A stretch of DNA of 64,000 nucleotides. It comes from Callorhinchus milii. Its lineage: Eukaryota. Location of the stretch: contig NW_024704783.1 of NCBI RefSeq assembly GCF_018977255.1, forward strand, positions 62,001 through 126,000. Direction: 5' to 3'. The position numbers and the translations under genes are program-made. Of this stretch, positions 51,300-62,179 are shown in pieces. The notes below the pieces were generated by a model that saw only the letters and a program-made list of their open reading frames with translations, was not told where the DNA came from and did not search any database. How positions within the stretch are numbered: the stretch's first letter is position 1; each line of letters starts with the position of its first letter.

Positions 51300-52950
51300 A
51301 TAATCATAGAATGATAGATCACAGAAGGAGACCGTTCGACCCATCCTGCCTGTGCCGGCTATTTGAAAAGAACTGTCCAATTCAATCCCTATCCCGCGCT
51401 CTCTCCCTATAGACCTGCAAACTTGTCCTCCCCAAATAATTATCTAATTTACTCTTGAAAGTTGTTCTGGAATCGGCTTCCACCACCCTTTCAGGGAATG
51501 CATTCCAGATCCCAACAAATTTCTGTGCGAATAAGATGTTTCCTCTCCTCCCTTCTGTTTCTTTCAACAACTATTTTAAGTCGGTATCCTCGGGTTACCA
51601 CCGTCCCACCAGTGGAAATAGGTTGCAGTCAAACGTGCTTTACAGTGTATCTTGTGAAGAGCTTTGCGAATTATCGATGATGTGATGAGGAGCTATAACA
51701 AATGCAATGTTTAAAAATATTTGTTTGAAAGTTGGGCAGACCTGGAACGCATTGCCTGAAATTGTGATCGAGGCCGATTCGATAAATATATTTAAAATCG
51801 CGGTGGATGGGTATTTGAGCAGGACGGTTTTGCAGGGTTATAGGGAAAGGGCTGGCCAGTGGGATTGACATTATATTGCTCTTTTTAAAGCTGCCACAAA
51901 CGCGATGGGCCGAATGGCCTCTTTTGTGCTGTACGATTCTATGATTCTGTGATTCTTGTTACTTCTCTCTGTGTCAATGGGAACGGATTTTCTGCATTTG
52001 CCCGTCTCTGTTTGGTTTCCGTTGTGAGCTGACGGTGTTGGCTTAGGAATGGGAGCCTCAGCCATGATGATTCCAGGAGATCAGAAATCCTCCACAGATC
52101 ACCTGTCAAGTGAAGGATATATTCTGCTGTAACATTCGGACACAACTTTCAGCACGTCAATTAACACAAGTAATTACTGTCCAGTTTACTGTTAGATAAA
52201 TCTGCACAAGGAATCATGAATCCAATAAGAAGTTTATCTGAAAACATGTTGCTTTAGGACACTGGGAAAACTAATCTCTAAGATTAGGCAAGCGGGATCT
52301 TGGGTTAGCCTTACATCCAATATATGGAGCTCCTGACAACACAGATGTGAATGACTCACTGTAAAAAAAAATCTCCTCAGCTCGCCTCTGTTTCATTTAC
52401 CAACTCTATTACGTCGGTGTACTCCGGTTACCAACCCATCAGTGTGAATAATTTTTCGTTGCTCACCCTATCGAATCCCCTCATCATTTTGAAAACTCCT
52501 ACGGGGTCTCCTCTTAACCTTCTCTGGTCCAAGGAGAATAATCCTCGCTTCTCCGGCCTCTCCTGATAACTGGATTCCCTCATTCCTGGTACAATGTTGG
52601 TCACCCACCTTTGCACTCTGTCCATTGCCTTGACATCCTTCCTAAAGTGCGTTGCCAGAACTGAACACAGTCACTCGCTGAGGCTCAACCAATGCTTTAT
52701 ATAAAGGTTCATCATAACTTCGTGACGTGTGTATTCTTTGCCACTATGTATAAAGCCCAGTGTCACGAATGCTTCTTTAAGAGTTGTATCTGCCTGTCCT
52801 GCCCCCTCCAGAGATTTACTAATATGAACTCCAAGGTTTCTCTATCCCTTTACACCCTTTAAGATTGTAGCATCCGCTTATATCGCTGCTCCTCACTCTT
52901 CCTCCCAAAACGCATCATTTCGCGTTTCTCCACATTAAACTTCATCTGCC
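51300..52950. mobile_element. Cluster of CR1 fragments (~51300-51590 minus, ~51720-51957 plus, ~52410-52950 minus)
   Basis: MDRVQRWVTNIVPGMRESSYQERPEKRGLFSLDQRRLRGD; WNAFPERVVEADS.TTFKSKLDNYL; (attctatg)n tail. Confidence 0.8.
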
Positions 52951-53389
52951 CTGTGTCTGCCCATGTTACCAGTTTGCCTGCGGCCATTTGCCATCTGCTG
53001 CTGTGTTCCTCACCGATTACTACTCTTCCAGCTGAGAGAGAAGGGTGGGAAGGAGAAAGGGAAGGTAGAGAGAGAGACAGTGAGGGAGAAAGGGAAGAGA
53101 GAGAGATAGAGAGTGAACGAGAAAGGGAAGAGAGCGATAAAGAGTGAAGCAGAAGCTAAAGACAGAAAGGGAGAGGGAAGGAGAAAGTGAAGAGAGAGAG
53201 AGAACGAGAGAAGTGGAAAGTGGAGCGAGAGAGAGAGAGTGAAGGAGAAAGTGAGAGAGTGAAGAAGAACGTGGAGAATGAAGGAGAAAATGAAGAGAGT
53301 GATGGAGACAGTGGAGAGAGATAGAGGCTTTACCTCAGGAGTAGGGGTTTGGGGTGTTTTAGGGCACAGGAGGGAGGGAGTGGGACAGT

Positions 53390-54965
53390 GTTTCTCCCTC
53401 CCACTTTCTCTCAGTCTCTCTCTCTGTCTCAGGCGCTCTCCCTCCCCCTCTGTCAGTCTCTCTCTCACACTCACTCTCTCCCTCAGTCTATCTCTCTCCC
53501 CCTCACCCAGTCTCTCTTTCACACACATTATCTCTCAGTCTCTCTCCATCCCACTTTCTCTATCAGTCTCACTCTCTGTCTCAGTCGTTCTCCCACCCCT
53601 CTCTCAGTCTCTCTCTCACACTCCCTCAATCTCTCAGTATCTCTCCCTCCCTCTCTCTCAGTCTATCTCTCTCTGACTCCTTCCCTCCCTCTCTCAGTCT
53701 CACTCTCTCTCAGTTTCACTCTCTCTCTCTGTCTCTCTCCCTCCCTCTCTCCCAGTCTCACTCTCAGTCTCTCTCCCGCCCCCTCTCTCAGTCTCTCTCT
53801 CACACTCACTCACTCTCTCAGTCTCGCTCCCTCCCTCTCTCCCAGTCTCTCTCGGTCTCACTCTCTCTCTCTCCCTCCCTCTCTCTCAGTCTCTCTCCCT
53901 CCCTCTCTCTCAGTCTCTTCCCCTCCCCCTCTCTCCGTCTCTCTCCCTCCACGTTTCTCAGTCTCTCTCCCTCCCTCTCACTCAATGTCTCTCCTTCCCC
54001 CTCTCTCAGTCTCTCTCCCTCACTCTCTCAGTCTCTACCCCCTTTTAGTCGCTCTCCCTCCCTCTCTCTGTCTCTATCCCCATCTCCCTCCCTCCCCCTC
54101 TCTCACGTTCTCTCTCAGTCTACATCTCTCTCTCAGTTTCACCCTCTCTCTCAGTCTCACTCTCTCTCACAGTCTCCCTCCCTCCTTCTCTCTCAGTCTC
54201 TCTCTCTCACTCTCTCTCCAAGTCTCTCTCCCTCCCTCTCCCTCAGGCTCTCTCTCTCACATTCACCGTCTCTCTCAGTCTCCCTCCCTCCCTCTCTCTC
54301 CCAGTCTCCATCTTACACTTACTCACTCTCTCAGTCTCCCTCCGTCCCTCTCTCTGTCAGTCTCTCATTCACAGTCTCTCTCCCTCCCTCTCTCTCTCAT
54401 TCTCTCTCACAAACTCACTCTCTATGTGTGTCTCTCCCTCCCCCTCTCTCACTCTCTCTCAGTCTCCCTCCCTCCCTCTCTCTCAGTCTCTCTCTCAGTT
54501 TCTCAGTCTCTCTCCTCCCTCTCTCTTAGTCTCTCTCACTAACCCTCTCTCAGTCTCTCTCCCTCCCTCTCTCTTAGTCTCTCTCACTAACCCTCTCTCA
54601 GTCTCTCTCCCTCCCTCTCACTCAGTCTCTCGCCCTAACCCTCTCTCAGTCTCTCTCCCTCCCTCTCACTCAGTCTCTCTCCCTCCCTCTCACTGAGATT
54701 CTCTTCCTTCCCCTCTCTCAGTCTCTCTCCTCCCCTTCTCTCAGTCTCACTCACTCCCCCTCTCTCAGCCTCTCTCCCTCCCTCTCTCTTAGTCTCTCTC
54801 CCTAACCCTCTCTCAGTCTCTCTCTCTCCCTCTCACTCAGTCTCTTTCCCTCCCCCTCTCTCAGTCTCCATCTCTCCCCATGTCCCAGTCTCTCTCCCCC
54901 CTCTCTCAGTCTCTACCCCCCATCTCAGTCTCTCTCTTACACTCACTCTCTCCTTCTCTCTCGCG
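53390..54965. repeat. CT-rich degenerate satellite
   Basis: ctctctcagtctctctccctcc-like units; GA-rich tract at ~53030-53320. Confidence 0.9.
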
Positions 54966-54974
54966 CTCTCTGTT

Positions 54975-55440
54975 TGGCCACTGACTGGATTAAATGTTTA
55001 ATCATTTATCTTCTGTCTCTGCTCGGTCTCCGGAAGGTCTGTGGCCTCACTCCCGCCCCCAGAGCTCCCATTGGCTCACGGCAGCCGGCACTTCGTAACC
55101 ATTGGTCCAGACAGCTGTCAATCAGCGGCTTCGTGTTTGACTTCACTTCCGCCCCCGCCATCCTCAGCCAACGCTATTAGTGAATCCGCCTATCAATCAG
55201 CGGGTACGGGAGCGTGACGTCCACCACCAGGCTCACTCCCGCCACCCTCAGCGCCGCCTTCCTCCTTCCTCTGCCGTCAGCCATCGCTATTGGTCAATCT
55301 GGCTGTCAATCCGCGGCTAAAGGACTGTGACGGCAAAACACCTCGTTCCCCGACCCCCGACCCCTCCCATTGGCCCGGCTCAGCAGCCAGACGTCGCTAT
55401 TGTTCGCCGCCGCCGTCAATCGTGTTTCCGGCTCAATCTA
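54975..55440. promoter_or_regulatory. CpG-island promoter module, left
   Basis: CpG-dense; four ATTGG (CCAAT) boxes at 55070, 55101, 55289, 55369 in one orientation; PBX/PKNOX-type TGATTGACAG on minus strand at 55115-55124; GC boxes (55052, 55149); ETS acttccg at ~55145. Confidence 0.75.
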
Positions 55441-55639
55441 TCTGTCCATGAACAGATATCATTGACAATAATAATGGCACTAATCATTACAGCAGTTTAT
55501 ATTGATACAAAACAGACAGTTTACACTAATGGAGTTTGTATGTGACAGTATATATTACAGCGGATTTTTAAATGACAACGTGACCAGTGTTTCTTTTGGT
55601 CTCTCTCTCCCTCTCCCGCCCTTTCTCCCCCCCCCCCCC

Positions 55640-55860
55640 CCCCCCCCGCGCATGCGCTTCCCGCCTACTCTCGGGCTGGACCCCGCGCCTGTTCTCGTGA
55701 CGTCACACCCTTCCCTCCTACGCAGGCGCACTCCTGTCGCCCCGCCCTCTCCCCGCGGCCGTTGGTCTCGCGCTTCGACCGTTATTTTTTGGAGTTCGTC
55801 CGTCGTCGACAGTAGAAAAAGCCCCAAAAAACCCCCAAATCCCTCGTCCTGAGGTACAGC
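55640..55860 (+). promoter_or_regulatory. CpG-island promoter module, right, with probable non-coding first exon and donor
   Basis: NRF1 palindrome GCGCATGCGC 55648-55657, CRE TGACGTCA 55698-55705, GC box ~55740, candidate donor ctgag|gtacag after 55853. Confidence 0.7.
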
Positions 55861-56207
55861 CGCTGTTATTATTATATATTATGAAATAATTATTCTATTG
55901 ATATGTTAATGTCGCGTTATTACCCCAAATACCACAGAGTCTCTCTCTCTCCACTGTCTTCTTCACTCTCTCTCGCTCTCTCTCCACTGTTTCCTTCACT
56001 CTCTCTCTCCACTTTCTCCTTCACACTCTCTCTCTTCACTGTCTTCTCTTTCTCCTTCCCTCTCTCATTCTCTCTGTTCCAACTCTGCTCTCTCTATCTC
56101 TCTCACTGTCTGTCTCTATCTCTCTCTGTCTCTCTTTATTTCTCGTCCTCTCTCGCACACTCTCTATATCATAACTCCTGAGCTCCAGCACTCCATCTGA
56201 TTCACTT

Positions 56208-56238
<31 letters not shown>

Positions 56239-56574
56239 GCTCTCTCTATCTCTCTCCCACTCCCTCAATCTATCTCTCTCTGTGCCACACTCCCGCTCTC
56301 TATTCTTAGTATCTCTCTCTGTGTGTCTGGGTCTCTCTGCTCTCTGTCTGTCTCTGTGTCTCTCTCAGTCTCTCTTCCTGTGTGTCTGTGGTGTAAAGTA
56401 CCCACATCCTCAGAGTTCAAAGTACAACAGTGCAAAATATTCTCAATTCTGTATTACTATTACACATATCAATGTGTTTTTGCATTAACTTTGTGTTTAA
56501 ATATTAAGCATCTTACTGGGTACAACACTGGAAACCGGTTTTCAAAGTCACCGAGTTTCTGGACTTAAAGTGGC

Positions 56575-57600
56575 AGAGATAGAGAGAGTGTGAGAGAGAC
56601 AGAGAGAGAGTGTGAGAGAGATACAGGGAGAGTGTGACAGAGATACAGAGAGAGTGTGAGAGAGACAGAGAGAGAGTGTGAGAGAGATACAGACAGAGTG
56701 TGAGAGACACAGAGAGAGAGTGTGAGAGAGACAGAGAGAGAGTGTGAGGGAGATACAGGGAGAGTGTGACAGAGATACAGAGAGAGTGTGAGAGAGACAG
56801 AGAGAGAGTGTGAGAGAGATACAGACAGAGTGTGAGAGACACAGGGAGAGAGTGTGAGAGAGACAGAGAGAGAGTGTGAGAGAGATACAGAGAGAGTGTG
56901 AGAGAGACACAGATAGAGTGTGAGAGAGATACAGAGAGAGTGTGAGAGAGACAGAGAGAGAGTGTGAGAGAGATACAGACAGAGTGTGAGAGAGACAGAG
57001 AGATAGTGTGAGAGAGAGAGAGAGAGAGAGAGAGTGTGAGAGAGATACAGAGTGTGAGAGAGACAGAGAGAGAGTGTGAGAGAGAAACAGACAGAGTGTG
57101 AGAGAGACAGAGAGAGAGTGTGAGAGAGACAGAGAGAGAGTGTGAGAGAGATACAGAGTGTGAGAGAGACAGAGAGAGAGTGTGAGAGAGATACAGACAG
57201 AGTGTGAGAGACACAGAGAGAGAGTGTGAGAGAGACAGAGAGAATGTGAGAGGCACAAATAGAGTGTGAGAGATAGAGAGAGAGTGTGAGAGAGATACAG
57301 AGAGAGTGTGAGAGACAGAGAGAGTGTGAGAGAAATACAGACAGAGAGTGTGAGAGACACAGAGAGAGTGTGAGAGAGACAGAGAGAGTGTGAGAGAGAC
57401 ACAGAGAGAGTGTGAGAGAAATACAGACAGAGTGTGAGAGACACAGAGAGAGAGTGTGAGAGAGACAGAGAGAGTGTGAGAGAGACACATAGAGAGTGTA
57501 AGAGACAGAGAGAGTGTGAGAGACAGAGAAAGTGTTTGAGAGGGACACACAGAGAGAGCGTATTAGAGAGAGAGAGTGTGTGTGAGAGACACATAATGAG
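56575..57600. repeat. GA-rich degenerate satellite (~20-24 nt unit)
   Basis: gagagagtgtgagagagacaga-like units; CT tract at ~55935-56345. Confidence 0.9.
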
Positions 57601-58769
57601 GGAGACACACAGTTTTGTGAAGTCACATTAAAACTTGTTTTTGGTTAAAGTCGATCTTTAAATATATTTACAGCAAAACCCTGTGTTTATTTTGTGGGTT
57701 TGAAGCTGATTTTGTGCTACTGCGATTTGCTTAGATTCACTTTGTATTTAAGAAATTTTCCAGTTTAAACCTGTTTTATTTAAATGCAAAATACAATGTT
57801 TGCTCCCGAGTTTAATGCAGAATTTGGGATTGAATATACTATTGCAAAGTAAACCCTGGAGACACGGGGACTTTTCAAACAACTTCCCGTGTTTGTCCCT
57901 GGGCTTGGGGTCAAAATCAAAAAAAAAAACTTAATATAAAAAGCAGTTTATATGTTTAAAATGAATACAGTGTACAGAGTAAATTCTACTCTTTACACCT
58001 CCAGCAATCTCATGACCTGCTCCCTTGGCCTATCTGAACATACTGTCTGGGGAATAAGCCACGTGTACTGTTTTATATAACACTATAAAGTCACCTCAGA
58101 TCAATCTGTGTTTGGGGACGAAGGTTATTTTTACGTCCCTCAAATGAAAAAAATTAGAGAATGAAAATGGCAAATGACTCCATGCTGATGGCGATCATAT
58201 TAGATATAACTCATTGTAACATTACAGTGAACGTCGACAGTGCCCCACCACTGTGGTAACAGAGTGATAAATACACTGATTAGCATCCCTCTCCCACAAC
58301 CCTCAACTACAACACCAACACCTCACCCCCGTCCCACAAACCCCCCCCAACCCACACCCCCCCCCACCACACATCCCACACAGCCCTCGCACACACACAC
58401 AGAGCGCCTCATCAGACATTCAGCCACCACCCCACATACAAATCCCCTGCGCGCACACACACACACATAGTACACACACACACAAACACAGCCCCCACCA
58501 CCACCACACCCAGCAGCACAGCAATTCAAAAGGAAATATTTTGATTAACATAAACAGCGAAAAAAAAACTGGTTGGTAAAATAAAATATAAGCACTCCCC
58601 ATTCTGCTGGTAACAAACCAGGTGACGAAGTGCTTTTCAACAAAAAAAAACTTAAGTGATGTCAGCTGCGATACTGGAAGCCACAGCTCGTTTCAGAGTG
58701 CTCATATCTCACCGCGCCATTCTGTTATTCTCTCCAGCAGCCACACACCTCGGTGATAGCCTGACATGT

Positions 58770-59142
58770 GCTCTTTTCACATTCAGCACATTCGTATGGT
58801 CTCTCTCCAATAGTTTGCGAAGACCTTCAGGAAATGCTGGTTCCTCAGCACATGTTCAGGAGAGAAGGGGACAAACTGTCGCATTGTTGTCTTAACTGAG
58901 TAAATGCTGTTGGATCATGCAGGTATCTCTCCTGTATACATCAAACTATTATTGTTAAGCTATGGATTTCTCAAAGCAGCTTCTCGTGTGGGCTTTGTAT
59001 TGTATCGGCTCCTGGAAAGCTTTGCCCTGGTAAAGAACATGTGTGATTTTCCTTATAATCCAACACCGCAAAATTCTTCCCACATTCGGCAGAATTATAC
59101 AGTCTCTCCAGTGTGTATTCGCCGGTGACATTCGAGGTTCTG
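58770..59142 (-). pseudogene. Decayed C2H2 zinc-finger gene remnant
   Basis: Two finger-linker remnants on minus strand: QNLECHRRIHTG / (frameshift) ERLYNSAECGKNF at 59142-59071, and GERPYECAECEKS at 58808-58770. Confidence 0.6.
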
Positions 59143-59919
59143 TTTCCTTTTCTAATATCATTATATATTATTAATACATTAAACACTACAGTGCAGAACA
59201 ACACAACACAACACTCCGGGTTCCATTCCTAGACGGGGAAAAANCCTGAGGCAAATGTATTTATCCCAACGGCTCCGATAGCGTAAGCTATAAATAGGAA
59301 CCCGGTTATTACCTATCCAGAGATAATAACTCCCTCTCCCCCCATCAAAAAAGCACTGAATCCACATAATGTTATGGCTCACTCTTTTGCGCAACTTTTG
59401 TGTATTGTGTTTCTCCCACAAAATACCAAATGTACTTTGCAATATATTCTGTGCAGCGTTTTGAGATATCTCATTGCTGTGATGAGGCACATCAGCAAAT
59501 TGGAGCATTCTAATAATATACCATTATGTATTGTTAATACATTAAACACAACAGTGCAGTAAAATCCAACTTAGTTTCACAAGTCGTTAGTCAAATAATG
59601 AAAGTACACGTGTTATTGAAACAACATCTTAAACAAATAAAGTAGTGTCGGCGGTACAGAGAAATAAAATGGCAATTAAGTGCGTTTCCCTGAGGTAGTT
59701 CCACACGACATGTTGCTCTCTTCGGTTTTCTCAGACATTGCCCCGTGCATTGTGTTGGCAGCTCATATTTATATCTGATTCGTTTCTTTGTGTGAAGCCA
59801 ATAATACTGCCATATACCCTTCACGTTTAAAGGTAATTGGCTGATAGTATAGCAGTTGGTTTTCTGGCAGTTTTCAAACCCAATGTCGTCTTAATGTGAT
59901 TGAGCCAAATTCACAGCTT

Positions 59920-60213
59920 TTGAAGGACGGCATAAATTTGAGCCACATGACCACCACCCTTCACAGGAACTCTGATGTCAACTCCAGCAATTCCTTCCTT
60001 GCCCAACAGAAGTAATGGCTCCAACGTTTTTTACTGTAGAGTTCGTGGCTCAATATGGTCCAGAGGTCTGCAATTCGCTTTGATAAGCCAGTCCCTCTTT
60101 TAGAGTGGGAAACAGCAGTTGCTCTTTTCTTACTCCCAAAGAACTGGACTGACTGAAGTGGACCTTTGGTCGGCATCGTTCTTCTCTACTTGCTTCGCCA
60201 ACAGGGAAAAGGA
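59920..60213 (-). pseudogene. RPS16: Processed pseudogene of 40S ribosomal protein S16 (uS9), 3'-truncated
   Basis: [31 protein letters not shown] (ATG 60176), 1-nt deletion, [54 protein letters not shown]; matches vertebrate RPS16; no introns; 5'TOP-like ccttttccc upstream; stop 60033-60031. Confidence 0.93.
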
Positions 60214-60224
60214 ATGTGGCAGCA

Positions 60225-61230
60225 GACGGTGTGGGGCCTGAAGGAGTCGCCGATTGCTAAGACAAATTGGTGGAGATATGAGAGTAGGACCTGAACCAGT
60301 CAAGAACAGAAACTTGAAGTCTGATGTGAGAGGAGAGGCGGTGCAGGTAGATTGGAAGGTCCACAGTGTCAAAGGCCGTGGGGAAGTCGAGGACGTCGAG
60401 GAAGCAGAGGTAGTCCGGGTCACACATGGCTGAGATGTCATTTGTCACCTTGACCAGAGCAGTTTCCGTACAAAGGGCCGCACGCAAATCCGACTGGGGG
60501 GCCTCATGGAGGGAATGGCAGTAGAGGAAAGTGCGAAGCTTGGAAGACCTTATCCAGTAAAGGAAGTTTGAAGATGGGCCAACAGCTGGATAGCTATGAT
60601 GCGTAATATGAATGTTTCTTCAAGGTGTTTGTTTTGAGGTGGTGGTAGAGATATCACATTTGACAGCGAGATGTTGATGATGTTGGCGAGTAATAGGACT
60701 AGGAGGTGGAGCTGAGATTTAAGAAGAGGGGTGGGTATGGGTTCAGGGATTAGATGTTGAGCTGCATGGAAGATATGGTAATGATGAAAGAGGAGGGGAT
60801 GAGCGGTTCAAATGTGTTATAGGAGGGTTGGGTGATGGTAGAATGAGTCATGGTACAGATGTGGGTTCGTAAAGATAGTTGAAGGTCAAACAAGCCGCCA
60901 AGCTACCGAACTGGCTCAGGAACGTGGTTTGTGTATCCATCAATGGTGATGGTGTCATCGCCTGAGCTGTGGAGTCGCTGGCAGCAGCCAAACAGAAGGG
61001 CCTCGATGAGCTTGACGTTCAATTGAAGTAAGCTATCTCTCATCCAGTGACGTGAACGGTGCAACACAAATGTAATCTTGTTGTTGTTGATGTGAGACAG
61101 GGATCCAATGAGGCGTCATCGCATACATGTGGAGGTTGACCCCATGAATGCGAATGATATCACCAAGAGGGAGCATATAGATATTGAAGAAGGGGGGGGA
61201 AGGACTGAGCTTACCCCCAAAGCCAAAACC
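60225..61230 (-). mobile_element. L2 LINE RT fragments
   Basis: ETALVKVTNDI, AFDTVD, DWFRSY; IYMLPLGDIIRIHGVNLHMYA. Confidence 0.85.
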
Positions 61231-62179
61231 TCCTATTGCCGATCGATTGGCTCCAGCCTTATGCATATCCCTCATGCCCCATGATCCACCATTGGTGGCC
61301 AAGCTTTCAGCCGCGACTAACAGATACTTCTGGATCTCTCTTCCTCTGTCCTTCGCCTTGTCCCTTCCTTCCCTGGCATCAGGTCACGCCTGAAAACCTT
61401 CCGATTCGACGGTACTTTTGGTCGCCTCCCCCTACCCTACCCCCGGATTGAGGCAGACGATTATGGAGCTTAGGATGGCTGGGGATGAAACCACAGCAAC
61501 CGATGGTGGACCCAAGAGAACAACAGGCATGCAGAAGGCAAGCTAGCTGAGTGAAAGTGGGGTACACGTGTGTGGACGAAGCAGATCAGAAAGGTAGGAA
61601 GGAGAAGGAGACGCTCAGACTTCAATTGGTTTGTGAGTAATACTGAGCACATTGGAATCGATCTTTCAATGAATCATGGCTTAAGCTATTGGTTGTGGGA
61701 CATGGTCTGAGGAGAACAACGTGTCGGTGGTGAAGTCGAATGATGCAGGTCCGGTATGAGTGATACAGAAAATAGTTGGGGATCCATCCTTCCTGTAGGT
61801 TGTGCTTCTTTTTTAGGGAGACTGAAACTACGTGACGCAAATATAAGATAGCGACGATGCGATAAAAAATAGGAAATAGAAGGAACTGCTTCACAAAGTG
61901 ATATGATAGAAATTGCTGTCTCAATTAACAATTTTATTAGATACGCTAAAGCGGAACACACCTTAAGGTAAGGGAAAGGGGAGCAGAAGGCTGTGTGAGG
62001 GAGTAAAGTCTCATGTTGATTATAAACGTTCTCCCGACGTGAAAGCCTCTGTGCAAGTGTAATCTTAATGTTGTTGTTGTAAACAACAGTACCGACTTGT
62101 TGATCCGATTGCCCTGTTTCAGTGCTGTACATTCTTTGTTAATATTTCTAATATTCAAATATTTCTAATATTCTAATAT

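Larger units (their letters stand above)
45035..52102 (-). pseudogene. NLR (death-fold, NACHT, LRR) pseudogene copy 2
   Basis: Start exon 52102-51963 (ATG 52065, MAEAPIPKPTPSAHNGNQTETGKCRKSVPIDTER, phase-1 donor a|gtaaca), 50520-50354 (LMAKFSEILDLYEGHQLFTLTEFYRERIEQALEED...R*QEHQ), 49420-49250 (SSKHLLNLVLVKVSRISREMWESFEEM...EIQ*), 49141-49076, NACHT 48519-46745 (GVAGIGKTT 48181-48155; LHFIFDGLDEF), LRR 45836-45750 and 45205-45035. Stops at 48349-48347 and 48022-48020, frameshift at PG/SVLGTSRP, dead NACHT donor. Confidence 0.93.
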
